From contig OZ024741.1 in NCBI GenBank assembly GCA_964016885.1, positions 207,018,001-207,082,000 of the forward strand: a stretch of DNA of 64,000 nt, in the 5' to 3' direction. Positions 12,417-26,659 of the stretch are shown here, piece after piece. The notes below the pieces were generated by a model. The model searched no databases, was not told where the DNA came from, and saw nothing but the letters and a program-made list of their open reading frames with translations. Position 1 is the stretch's first letter. Every line of letters begins with the position of its first letter. The stretch is from Eledone cirrhosa (lineage: Eukaryota). The position numbers and the translations under genes were made by a program.

Positions 12417-15400
12417 CCGGTTGAGCACTCTACTGACTTATATTCATCATGCAGAAACAACATCTGAATATTTCTACAAAGAACATACCCGTACCAAGCA
12501 GGAAAACATACCTAAAACTCCTGATACAGAAAACAGACGCGTTCATTAAAAGGTTGCGTTGGCGGGCCTTTTTCATTGATAATCCGCGAAAAGCAGACAA
12601 CATACAGGATAAATTTGGATTTAAAACCTATAATAACCTCCCGTGTAACCCTGCATTGCTACCCTTCGAAAATGATGTCTTGGAACTCATTCGGAGTATC
12701 AAATTTCGGAATAGGAGCAATTCCTTCCAGCAAGACCTGAAGAATATAATTCGTTCCATTAAGGATCCTAATGCCGTGCACGTCCATTCCGACAAAACTG
12801 GCAACCTATATCAAGTGGAGCGCAGTACTTACCATCAACTACTACATAATACTGTAACTAGAGGATTACCGTAAAACTAATCGGTGCGTCATCAATGAAA
12901 TCAACGATGCTGGGTTTAAAATCACCTCTGATCTCAACATCCCGGACCGGACCGGACCTCTGGACCCTATTTCTCCCCACTTTACCCTGAAGGATCACAA
13001 ATCCAATTTTCCGAACAACCCCTCTATTCGGCTTATTAACCCTACGAAGTCCGATTTAGGTAGACTTAGTAAAACGATTCTTGATAGAATTATACCTGAA
13101 ATTAGAAGTTTGGCCCCTCTTGCACTGTGGAACAATTCCTTCGCGGTGATTGATTGGTTCAACGGCATATGTAACAAGGAACATTGCCGTTTTATCCAAT
13201 TCGACATCAACAATTACTACTCCTCCATCACTTTACCACTTCTCCTTAGAGCTATCAATTTCGCTAAAACACTCACAGTGGTTAAGGATTTCGAAGTTGA
13301 TGTCATCCTCAATGCCCGAAAGTCGGTGATTAATTTCGACGACTCTATTTGGATTAAAAAATCCAATAGTACCCCATTCGACGTGAGTATGGGCGCCAGT
13401 GATTCTGTGGAGGTTACTGATCTTATCGGCCTTTTCCTTCTTTTCTCTATCAAGGACGAATTCCCCAACGCGGGCAGTGGTTTGTACCGTGACGATGGTC
13501 TTTTGACCTTGACTAAGTGTGGACCTCGTGCTCCCGACAGGTTCAGAAAAGAACTCACAGCCTTCTTTAAAGGCTTCAACCTCTCTATACAGGTTGAGGC
13601 CAATCTCTCGGTCGTTAATTACCTCGACGTTACCCTCAACTTATTGAATGGGTTGTATTACCCGTATAGAAAGCCGAATGATACGGTTAATTACATAAGT
13701 AAGCTTTCCAACCATCCTGCCAGCATAACCAAGAGTCTGGTAAGAAACGTTTCGTTGAGGCATTCCCGTCTTTCCACCAACGAGCGTATTTTCAACGACC
13801 ATTCCACTTATTACAATGAAGCTCTTGCTCGAAGTGGATTTGTCGATAAGGTAGCATATACAGAGTACGAAAATAGACCTAGAAGAAATAGATCCCGTCG
13901 CATTTGTTGGTATAACCCACCATATAATATGGAGGTGGCCACACCATTAGCTAAGATCTTTCTTTCCCTTATTACGAAGTATTTTCCCCCTACACATAAA
14001 TATAGTGAAATTTTTAATAGAAATACTATTAAAATTTCTTACTCTACGACTCCTAACCTTGCACATAACGTCACAGCTTCAAATTTAGCTAAACTACCTA
14101 GCCGTAGGAACACGTCCAACCCTGTAGTTAGTACTAACTGTAATTGTAGGAATCAGGTTGATTGCCCTCTATCCGGGAAATGCCTCTCTAGCAATATTGT
14201 CTACAAATGTATGGCTGTAACACCCACGTCCTGTAGGGCCTACATAGGGTTAACCGCCAATAGATTCAAGCAACCTCTTTACATGCATACCCATTCTTTT
14301 CGTTGACCTCTAAGAAGGAATATGACGTCACTTTCAGCTTATATCTGGAGTCTAAAAGACAACCACACCCAATATAAGTTACACTGGGAGATCCTAACTA
14401 GGACTAGATCGTATAACGGAAATAAAAGACCATGTGACTTCTGCGCCGCTGAGGCCCTGGAAATACTCTACGCCACAGACCACATCTTACACAAAAAATC
14501 TGAGGCAATTTCGGCTTGTAAACATAAATTGCACAAAAGTTTCCTGTATTACAGCCCCACGTCATACCCTAACGGATAGTACAATCTATACGTGGATATT
14601 TTACGTCTTGATGTGGGAGTTAAGTATATTTCTTGTTTATACCTTTACTTATTTGCATAGGTAAGTATATATTACCCGTATGTTTTGTAAAGCACGTATG
14701 CCTTCTCGTACGTATATTTGATTGTTATGGCCTATAATTTTTTTATATTTATTTATTTATTTGTATACACTTATACACACACACACATATTTATATGTGC
14801 GTGGTTTTGTTTACCTATGGTAGTTTTTGCGTATGCTTGTGTATGTACGTATTTGTTTGCGTGTATGTATTTATTTATTTCTATTACTTCTGTATTGTAT
14901 TTATTTACTTTGTTCTTAACTCTGTAGCGGAGATTCATTCGGTCTCCTACTTAGAATTTTGGTCTACGACTTCTGCTATACCATTTACGTGGTTTTGTCT
15001 TTGCGTGCTATTGTTCTCTACGCTCCACATATGACGTATTATCTTCGTTTTTTTTCGTTCATTGCCAGAGAACGTCTCTATGCACCACCTAAGAGAACAT
15101 TAGTCTACGACCTCTTTTATACCATAAACGTGGTTCTGTCTTTGCGCGTAATTGTTTTTCACCGCTCCTATTAATGACGTATTATATTCGTTTTTTTCCC
15201 GTTCTTTGCCAGCGAACGTTTCCACGAACCAAAGTATCGTCTTCCTGTCTTCCTCCGGTTGCAACGTTTTTTGAAATATCCAGTTCTGCGTTTACAGATT
15301 GACTTTGTTAGTTTCAGAAGATCCCGTTAAGGGTGAAAGCAGCGATTCTTTGCTTAAACTTTAATCTGTTATTTTAATAAATACTAGCTCTACGGTTCTT

Positions 15401-15470
15401 ATATATTTGATATATATTTATCCTTATCGAGCCCTCTTTGGATTTTAGTCTTCAAATTTATTATTATTAC
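12417..15470 (+). mobile_element. Near full-length Naiad-type PLE (ORF 12449-14579, one frameshift near 12870, in-frame TGA 14304)
   Basis: STKNIP N-terminus, DKTGN, LKDHK, LYRDDGL, CNCRNQVDCPLSGKC, VYKC..YIGLT; HHR-like 15310-15360 with CAGAAGA core. Confidence 0.92.
14955..15230 (+). repeat. Diverged ~140-bp tandem duplication in PLE 3' UTR
   Basis: gtctacgac..atgacgtattat..ttgccag occurs twice. Confidence 0.8.
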
Positions 15471-15479
15471 TATTATTAT

Positions 15480-15546
<67 letters not shown>

Positions 15547-15547
<1 letters not shown>

Positions 15548-18079
15548 TAGCAAATGACCCCGTCCATTGGACGGTGTCAGTTCTTGGTAGGGCTGCAATG
15601 TTAATGGTCAATTTCCGTGTTGTATGTTTAACTTGGAGGATAATTTTACCTGATCAACTCCTTCAATAAAAAAAAATGAGACGGTATTCAAAAAGAGCAA
15701 GTTTTATTTACAGATATGTGTCATTAAAATGTGAACATAGAGAAATGTATCGTTAGCCGTGTCGGTTGAACAATGTGTAATTTTTTTTATTAATAACCGA
15801 AAGACAAACAGTAAATGAGACTGGATGTCAAACCATTTTGGATTGCATGTAAAGGTGATAAAAAGATCAGGACGGCCACAATGGCGGACATAGGTCAGAG
15901 CATCCTGCATTTTTTCATGCATGTAACGGGGTCCTCCAGTGTATGATGATGGGAGAATGACAGAAAGCCCAACATCCGAAGCATTAGCCTGATCATTTCG
16001 GTTTACTTCGTCACGTAGATTGCCGTATTCTTCTTAACGCAGTTCCTTTTGATGATGTCTTATCCATTGGAGGCGTTCAGTGTCAATCTTAGCAAATATG
16101 TCTACACAGTATTGATTGTTGTTAGCATCTCTACGTTGTAAAGCAGTTTTGAAAATGGTGATGTACGGTTTTATGGAATGAAGCATATATTGAAGGGGCT
16201 GCAGAAGAGAAGGTGTCGTTCCTTTAGCAACTGAAGCCCTTCGTGCAATTTCTTCAGGTCCGTTGCCCATAAAGTAGATCTGGAGAAAACTGTGTTCTTT
16301 GCCATCTTGTGGAATAAGTGATCCTATTTGATGGTAAATTTGGCTTTTCACTTTAAATGTGGGCATATGATTCCCATCTTTTTATTGTTGTATGACCAAA
16401 GCTTGTCATTTGGAAAGCCGATTGTAGGCTCTTATATTTCTGAAAAAGTGTTTAGAATCAGGGTGGTCTCCAAGCAGCAGAGAATTCAAAGGTTCGGCAC
16501 CGACTTGTAAATAAGGCAATGTAACCGTTCCATTGGAGCAACATATACCGGTAGATTCATCTGGCCACCTCATTGCATTACAATGGACGCAAACAGTTGA
16601 CATACTACCAATGATGATATGTGGATGGGATGCGTAGTCCTGTTGGGGGTTGTATTGAAAACCTTTCTTAGACCAGTAACAGGAAGAATCCCTCGGAAAG
16701 ACATAAGTACGCATTTTCCGTTGAGAATCAGCCGCAAGCCTTGTTGCCCTTTGGTCAACAGTCTCTAAAGCACGGCTATTGGAATTAGAAGCAGCATTGC
16801 GAGCGGGCCGGAGTTCTGCTTGTTCAGCTTTCTGTATTGCTCTGATGTTCAAAGTAGAGGCAGCATTGTGAGCACGCTGGAGTTCTGCTTGTTCAGTTGT
16901 TTGTAATGATCTGGCGATCGAGGAAGAAGCAGCATTGCGAGCACGCCGTAGCACACATTGTTCTTCTGTTTCGCTTGCGCGCAAAGAACGCAAAGCAAAA
17001 GCATTTTTTGTTTTTTTTCCAATGTTACTCTTTCTTTTTCGAGGCATTCTACCGAAAATATGTAATTGAATAAAGCTGATACAAATCAATTAAAAGAAAT
17101 AAATAGTTGTGTACAATGTGTAAATTTTTGTAATAATAAGCAAGACGAAAAAGTATATTTTATCATCTGCTTTTTCTACACAGGAATTATATATTAGATT
17201 TTCATACTTACAAAATAATTTTGCTAATATCGTGTTTAGCAGTGTCGGTTGAGCAATGTGTAAATATTTGATTAAAAACCAAAAGACAAACAGTAAATAT
17301 ATTTCAACCTCTGAATAAGTATTAAAGAAATGACGATTTTCACTTTGAAAATATGATTTATGACATCAAAACTGCTTTAGAGTTTAATTTTTTGAATAAA
17401 AAGTATCGTCTGTTATTTCTTACAATTAACACATTTATTCACACACATGGACACACGCACGCACATACGCACGTACACACACACATAAACACATACACAC
17501 ACAAACATACACACATACACACAAACACACACACATACACACACACACATACACACACAAACACACACACATACACACACACACATACGCACACAATCCC
17601 AAGACGTGACGTTGTGGAAGGGGGAGAGTTAAGTCACACACACTCCTCTCTTTCTTTATTTTACTCTCTCTCTCTCCTCTCTTTCTATCTCCTTCTCACA
17701 CATCCTTCTCTCTCTGGTCATTATGGAAATTACACACACACACACACACATGCACGCACACATACACACACAAACACATACACACACATATACACACGCA
17801 CATACACATACAATCCCATAACCTCGTGTTGTGGAAGGCGGACAGTTAAGAAGTGTGTAAAAGGAACGCTCTCTCTCTTTAATGGCCGTCATGGAATTTG
17901 TTAGTGCAAAAGCTTATAAGATTATAAAATCGAAGTTTGTGACTTCAAAATTAATCATTATGAAATAATTTTTTCTTTATGTTACAAACCGTAGCCTATT
18001 TTGTCTTTGTGTTTAATTTGACAGAGAGGGATGGAATATTTTCCAAGTGAAACTCTTTTACACACACACACAGAACGGG

Positions 18080-18085
<6 letters not shown>
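15547..18085 (-). mobile_element. Internally deleted Helitron (B), same family as 52573-57345
   Basis: 3' hairpin ccgtcc/ggacgg + CTAG; N-terminal RepHel remnants (CVHCNAMRW..CCSNG, GRPDLFITFTCNPKW); Rep core and helicase missing. Confidence 0.9.
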
Positions 18086-18134
<49 letters not shown>

Positions 18135-18142
<8 letters not shown>

Positions 18143-18995
18143 CACATATACCAATTAAACAAAGTCAGATGTATATATGTGTTTTGGCAACTTTTCACGT
18201 TGTGGCTCAATGAATTAAATAATCAGGGCAAAATACTAGAGTAAAACATGTCCAGAGAATTAATTGATAATATATATACATCATCTCTATTCCCAATCAC
18301 CATAATTAACCACACAAAAAATCAATTAGACCAGGCTATAAGAATAAAAGGCATCTATAAAGAAATAGTAAATAAATATACCATTGGGGCGTCTTCGCGC
18401 ACAACCGCTATAGAATATTTACCCAACATTTCAACAGCAAGTGGAAATTAATTAAATATACGGACAACAATACATTATTAGGTAAAAATTAATGTTAGAA
18501 ATGCTTATATACAAGGATTAAATCACAAAATACTGACCCTCGGGTTTCGCTCACTTTTGAGATACCTTATTAAGGAAATACTCGAGTGTTAGAGCTCTTC
18601 AGGGGACAAACTCGCTAGGACATATTATTTTCCGAAGTGGCCCCCGCCAAACACGAATTCAAAATGGTTCAAAACTGTGACGTGGCAGTGGTCAAGTCAG
18701 GAAGGGTGTGATTGGTTGCTTACGGCGAGTGGGTTGGTTGCTAGAAAGCGCAGCCTAATATCGCTCAAATTTTATCTCAACCTTATGGGAGATTATTAAA
18801 TATAAAAATATTTACACATACACCAATTAAACAAAGTCAGAGGTATATATGTGTTTTGGCAACTGTTCACGTTGTGGCTCAAGGAATTAAATAATCAGAG
18901 CAAAATACTAGAGTAAAACATGTCCAGAGAATTAATTGATAATATATATAATGTATATATATCATCAATTAATTCTCTGGACATGTTTTACTCTA

Positions 18996-18997
<2 letters not shown>
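18135..18997 (-). mobile_element. Non-coding element with ~145-bp direct repeats (~672-bp period), HHR candidate 18531-18607, short terminal inversion
   Basis: 18135-18280 matches 18810-18950; minus strand CTGAAGA-gctc/gagc-GAAA-ccc/ggg-TC, weak stem I; 18961-18997 inverted. Confidence 0.7.
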
Positions 18998-19068
<71 letters not shown>

Positions 19069-19189
19069 TATGTATAATAAAAAACAAAAATATTATATAT
19101 ATATAAAAATAAAAAGGTGGAAGGGGTAAACAAATAGTTGGGAATACGACCAAAAATAAATAAATAAATAAATAAAGGTATAAATGTTT

Positions 19190-20600
19190 ATAGCTGATTT
19201 AGAGCACTCAACATGTCCTGGAGCAAATAATACAACGGATTTGGTATTACATTTGCCCTGTAATGGGCATTCATCCGGCTTCCTGCAACTGCATCCTGGA
19301 TTTATTCTCGTACGATTAGAATTGGTAATTTTAGACTTCATTGATGGGCAACAAGAGTAACTGACTTTAACTACATTTCTATTAAATATCTTATAATATC
19401 TATGATTAGGGGGAAAAATGTTTGTCTAAGAGGTCAAGGAATTCCCTTCCTACATTAGTTTTGACAGTTAGAGAGAATGGGGGTGTAAACCAAATAATTT
19501 TCCTTTTCCTATTATTGTGATTAGTTTTATGGGGAGGAGTAGGTAAATAATTAATATGTTCTATAAAGCATCGGTTATTAAGGGCTTTATTATAATAAGG
19601 GAAGGCTTTGTTAAAAATGTCTAGAGACGAAGGTAAGGTAGAAATCCTACGGCTAATATTGGGAATATGATTTTTAAAACCTATAGGAGGATGGCAAGAC
19701 TGTTTGTGTATATATCTTAGATTTTCGTTAGGTTTATGATAAGGTTTAAAAGAGGCAGTAAGTAGATCAAGATTAATGTCAAGAAAGTTTGCATTGGTAA
19801 GGTTCGTATATATATATAGTAATTTTAAGGTTTAAGTTAGCAAAAGTATTGATTAAATATTTACGGAATTTATCAAGGTTATGGCCGTTGGTGGTATCAG
19901 AAACTTCCAATCCGTCGTCAGGAAATTTCTCTTTAAGGGTGTGGAGAAGGAATAATCCTACTAAGTCACACACATTCGCACTGTCATAAGAACCCATTGC
20001 AACATCAAAATAGTTTTCAGGGCTTGACTTTTTAACCCAAATACTTTCATTAGTAAAGAGTAGAGTTTTCCTAGCATGAAAGATAATGTCTTCTTCTAAT
20101 TTAGAAATATTAATGAAAGGTCTTGCAAAATCTAAGGATTTAGTTAATAAGGATACAGTAATAGGGGGATAAAAATCAACAATATCAAATTGGGTAAATC
20201 TACACTTATTTTTTACCTTGTATATTATTAAACCAAGAAATAACAGAGGATGTTCTAATTTGGAGAATTATTTTTCTTAAGATATTTTTACTTGCAAGGC
20301 CAACTTCGGATTTAGCCGGGTTAATCAGTCTACAGCTAGGTAGATTAGTAAAGTGTAATTTATGGTCTTTAAGTTTAGCTAGGCTTTCAATCCAATTGTC
20401 TATTTTTAAAGAACTAGCTTGTTATTTAGCTTCTTTAATAATAGTATTGTAGGTGTTATTGTTAGCTAATTGATATTTGTTGGTGATACTAATAGTTAAA
20501 TGTTGGTTTTACAAAATACTATTAACTTCAAAGAGATTTTTAGTTTTATCGGAAAGAACAAAATTGTTTGTAGAATTTTTAAAATTAGAAATATCGTTAT
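19190..20600 (-). mobile_element. Naiad-type PLE fragment, family C
   Basis: MGSYDSANVCDLVGLFLL, CSCRKPDECPLQGKC; many indels. Confidence 0.88.
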
Positions 20601-23600
20601 TTTCGATGCCTAATTCCTGCATTCCAGTATTTAGTTTTTCAAGGTCATCATTGGCTGCTCTTTTGTAATTCTTCCTTAATTCCTTCAATATAAGATCATT
20701 GTAATTATCCTTTAGCATTCCGTAAAGATTGTTGGTTTTATCTGATTTCGCAAGAATTTTTTCAGATTTCACAAGAATTTTTTCCTGAAAAAATTCTTGT
20801 GAATTCAGTTAAAACCAACAATCTTTACGGAATGCAAAAGGATAATTACAATGATCTTATATTGAAGGAATTAAGGAAGAATTACAAAGGAGCAACCAAT
20901 GATGACCTTGAAAAACTAAATACTGAAGCTTCTTATATAATGCAGGAATTAGGCATCGAAAATAGGACCCAACCCTTCATACCTAGGAAACCAAAAATTA
21001 ATCTGAAGGACCATAAAAGAAATTTTGAAATTGAATTACCAGTTAGATTGATTGCACCATCTAAATCGGACCTTGGCATACTTAGCAAGAATATTTTAGA
21101 TAGAATCATACCACAACTTAAGGAAATAGCTTATTTAAAATTATGGAATGGGACTAATGAAGTTATTGACTGCTTTGAGGACATTAAATATAAACATAAC
21201 AATAAATTCATTCAATTGGATATTGCTAATTATTACTAATCTATCACTCCTAATCTACTTAATAAAGCCCTTACATATATATTTAAATATACAGATTTAA
21301 CTAGCAATGAAATGCACATTATCTTAACTTCACGTAAAACATTAATTAAATTTAGCAACCACCTTTGGACTAGAGCAGACAAAGATAACAATTTCGATAT
21401 CACTATGGGGTCATCGGACTCGGCGCAATTAACGGATCTTGTGGGGCTTTTTATTAACAATACTTTACATAGGAAAATACCGGAGATGACCGGTGGTTTA
21501 TATCGTGACGATATGTTATTACTTATTGAAAATAATAATAATTGTGAAATAAATAGGAAAAGAAAAGAAATTATACAATTTTTTAATAGCGTTAATCTTA
21601 AAGTAGAAGTAGAGAATAATTATAAACTAGTTAATTTTTTAGATGTAACTTTAAACCTTTAAATCTTTATTATCCATTTCATAAAATAAACGAAAATGTA
21701 AACTATGTTAACTTTAATTCCAATCACCCCAGATCCGTTAAAAACACTAATGTAAATTCTGTGCAGCAACGTATTTCTAGAATTTCAGAGAATAAAAATA
21801 TATTTGAAGATAAGGCACAATATTATAACGAAGCGTTAGGTAGAGCAGGCTATAGTAATGAAATTAAATACATTGACAATAAGGATGTGCCAATTAACCA
21901 TAACTATAAATATAATTATAATAGAAAAACTTACACTAACTCGAAAACCAAAAGAAAAAATAGAACTAGAAATATATTATGGTTCGCTCCCCCTTTCCCA
22001 TTAAGTATTAAAACTCCTATTGCTAAATTATTCTTTAAATCTCTAGATAGGTGCTTTCCTAAGACACACAGGTATTACTCAATCTTTAATAGACATACTA
22101 TTAAACTCTCATATTCCACCACTATGAATTTAGCGCAGAATATTAATAGAATTAATAATAGAAACTTAAAACCTAACCAGAATAGCATTAATACCCCTAG
22201 CAATATCCAATATAATGTTACGGCTCCCAATAATATAAATTTAGATAACTGTAATTGTAGAAATAAATCTAACTGTCCTCTAAATAATAATTGTTTAGTT
22301 TAAAATATAGTATACAATTGTAATGTCAAAACAAATGAAAACTCCTTTAAGTATATCAGCTCTACTTCCACAGACTTCAAATCTCGTTTTAATAACCATA
22401 AATGTTCCTTTACGAATATTGGTAAAAAATCTTCAACTTCTCTATCTAACTTATTATGGGGCTTGAAATCTAAGAATATTAACTATTCCTTACTTTGGAA
22501 AATTATTTCCAAAGCTCCTTTATACACTGCTTTATCCCAAAATTGCTCTCTTTGCGATGAAGAAATATTCTTTATACTAAAAAGTAAGACCTCTATTAAT
22601 TTGCGAAATAATTTATTTAGTTCCTGCAAACTTCGTTTAAATTCAACTTTTAAATATATATATAAAATGTAATATATGATTTATCACTTTTACATAATGT
22701 CTTCTATATCTATATATGATTCATATATTTAATTTACCTTCTATTATCTCTACTTCACATATATATATATACTATATACCTTATGTTATTACACCTATCG
22801 AAAGATTATAAACATTTTTGTATATGACTGCTTGAAACTCCTTTAAGAAAAATTTTTTCTTGAAAAACTTACGGAAGGTTTTAAGAAAAATCTTTTGAAA
22901 ATTCCTTTGAAAGATATAGAAAAACCATTATTTTCATACCTTCCAATATTTTTATATTTTTATATTTTCAAACGCTTTTAATATATATATCCAAATGTTT
23001 ATATATATGTGGAAAAACATGTTTTTTATATATAGGTTTTTTATATATATGTGGAATAACCATTGGTTTATGCTTTAAATATACTCTTAAGATAAATTTT
23101 TTAAATATTTTAACTTTATAGCAAGTAAATATATGATTTCGTATAAAATAAAATATGGTTCATGTTTTAATTATATTCTGAAGATAAAAATGTTTAACTT
23201 TTTAACTTTATAACATTTAATTCTTAGAGTCATCTGAGTTCTTAAAAAATCACTTATAACTTCCTTTACACTTCCTTACTGTTTTTATAATATAACTAAG
23301 TGGTATTCCTTTGTAAACTCTCGTAAATTTTTCATAAATTTAGAATTATTTGGATGCTTAAATTTTGACTTACAACTTTTAATAAAATAAACTATACTAG
23401 ATTTGCTCTAATGTAAAATACTATATATTTATTTAAATAATTTATAATCCTTAACATACACATTTAAACTAATTATTAATAATAAATTATTAAATTAAAT
23501 CTTTAATATTAAGGTAAATTTTAATCTTAAATTTTGATTTCTAATTTTTCAATTTAATTTTAATCTAATTTTTCAACCTATCATTATAAGTATTATAATC

Positions 23601-24210
23601 AAAACGTAATGAATCCTGCATTATAAATATTATTCTTCCACGTTAATCTCATTTCTCCTCTCATTTAGATATACTTACGCTGTGTATATTTATCCTTTGA
23701 AACTCATCTCTTCATGCACTCTATTTTCACTATCAATATATATAATCGTTCTTTCTTTCCTCTTCTATCTTTCTCCTTTCTTTTTTCTTTTTTTCTTTTT
23801 TTCTCTCTCCCTTACATATCATCTTCTTCCAACAGTTTAATTTAAATAAACCGTTATCTTTTCAACCTTTCGGACACTCATTTGCATACCCACTCATAAT
23901 TTTGTATCACCCTCAATAAATATACTATCTCCACTATCCAGGAAGCTCCAACCGTTGAGGTTGTCTTTTTTTCCGGGTATGTCAATATTTATTTACAAAA
24001 CAAATTTGTATTTTATCTGATGAAAGTGCACCATAATTTGCCTTGGTTGCCCTTGAAATATGTATAATAAAATAAATATGGTTTTATAAATATTGTTTCC
24101 ATTTATTAATATATTGTGTATTTACTCCACTAACTTGTTGAGTGCTTTATATCAGTTATAAAAAAATGTTTAAGTTTGTTGAATCCCAACAAATTAAATA
24201 TAATCTCTGC
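20600..24210 (+). mobile_element. Naiad-type PLE copy B (family of copy A) with 5' inversion 20600-20790
   Basis: ORF pieces 20799-22672 highly similar to copy A; LYRDD; same 3' terminus. Confidence 0.93.
24009..24074 (+). ncRNA. Type I hammerhead ribozyme in pLTR of copy B
   Basis: Perfect 8-bp stem I tattttat/ataaaata; CTGATGA; GAAA-tatgta-TA. Confidence 0.85.
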
Positions 24211-24219
24211 ATATATATA

Positions 24220-24274
<55 letters not shown>

Positions 24275-24285
24275 ATGTATGTATA

Positions 24286-24795
<510 letters not shown>

Positions 24796-26659
24796 CAGCT
24801 TTGCTTAAAATATATTGTTTTCGGTAATGAGGTGATGGAACAAATAGAATAGTTATATTTGAGATGTGCTTTTTTTATCAACTTTGGCATACTTAAACAT
24901 TCACTCCATTACCTGAATTTGAAGAGACGGTTGTCTGCACATATTTCTTCAAATTTCCATTTCGTTTTGTTTATTCCCTAGTCAACATGGCTTCGTGTTA
25001 TCAGGATTAGGTACTAGCCACCATGACAGAAAACTTGAATGCTCCTCTAAAATGTTTGCAAACTCTAAGTCAGATTTAAATATGAAAGATAAAACCAAAC
25101 AAATTAAGATTAAGCAAACACATACAGTTATAAACACCTACAGTTACAATGAGGAGCATAAACGATAAAAATAGCGAAAATCTAAACATTCCTGACATCA
25201 GATGTACCAACAAAAATATAACAGAAGTGCTAAATATGACTCAATTTCAGGCAAAAGTAAGTGATGGAAGGGGTACGTTGCAAAATAGTGTCTTTCTTTC
25301 TCCTAAATAATTTAGTCAAGAAATGGTAAGGAAGATAGTAACTTATTTTTCAAAAGGGGGGGGGGGATTGCTACATTTACTCGAAAGAGAAGTTGGAGGG
25401 AGCCCTGAACAATGTATGGCATAATGTATCATCCCTATGAAGCAGGATTCAGAATTTCATAAGGAAGCGTGTATCTATTACTTAAGACATAAAGGGAGAA
25501 GACATAAGAGTTTTGTGTGCTGGACGCCTGTCTATGCGATACTATCGCAGTACATGGAGAGAAGGTTATTTGCCAAGACCAGAGTCATTTAACGACATAG
25601 AGTTTCAACTCCCTACAAGTTTGCGACAGAATATTGACTGAGTGAGGCTGTGGTAACCCAAATGAACAACATGTCATTGGAAGTGAATTGAATTAAACCT
25701 AAGCGTCTTTCATGGGTGAGCATAAAGGAAGTCAAACAGACTCTTAGTATAGCGTAGAAATCCCACTTATATTACGTCAGAACTTGCTGCAATGCGAAGA
25801 AAAGGAAAAGCAGAGAAGGAAGGCAATCAGTTGCAGATGACCATGGATGCTGGGGTCGTTGCTGCTGCCGCCATAACTCTGTCCGAGGATAGCCGGAGGG
25901 CATGGCGAAACAAATAAAATGGCCTTAGCCTGTGTCAATGTCATCAAAGGCCGATGACGTAGAGAACCGATCAGGATGAAGGGAAAGGGTTTTTTTCTCT
26001 AACTTAAAGCCAACAAAAAAGTTCCAAAGAACAGTCCCGCTCTATGTTCTTTCAGCGGTGGAGAAGAGATGGGGACGGGAGAAAGGTGAGAAAAACGGAG
26101 CAAAAAAATAAAAACACAGAATGTTCCTCGAACATTAAACCCACTGATATCCAAAACAAATATTCAATGGAACTACTGAGGAACCTAGAAGATGACGGAA
26201 CAAATATTGTATTGGTCGCAAGGAGATAGTTGACGATTGCATCCAACGTAAAATGATAGATGAAAATCACACGAACGATTTATCGAAATATAAAGGAACA
26301 TTACCCACAGGCTGTGGTAGATATCGTAGTTTAGCTATAAAATGAAAACTGGGACTTAACGAATCTATCAAGGAACCTAAAAGATGATAAGAGAAATACA
26401 CCCATTTTGCAAAACGTGATTGGAGTTTTAAGCCTCCCTAACCCTTCCTAGGATTAGAAAAGCTTACGAGTGGACCTATTTGAATAAGTTGCCCATTACT
26501 GACTTTATGTACTAAATAAGCTGCTTTAATATATTCCAATATTTTATTTTATATATGTACGTCCCACATATTTTTTAACCTTTTGAGTGTAATTTTTTAA
26601 AAGAAAATATTTCCATCGTTATACGTATAAAAATGATTATTTTTATACTTATCATTATT

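Noticed and set aside
14304-14306. In-frame TGA in a Naiad ORF as selenocysteine (reported for some Naiads)
   Set aside because: Aligns to Y/N, not a conserved Cys, in the other copies; zinc-finger Cys codons are TGY; no SECIS recognised
24140-24146. GAG|TGCT motif as splice acceptor
   Set aside because: GAG is not a YAG acceptor; covariation favours a hairpin
24900-26450. Possible degraded LINE ORF1
   Set aside because: No motif I can support
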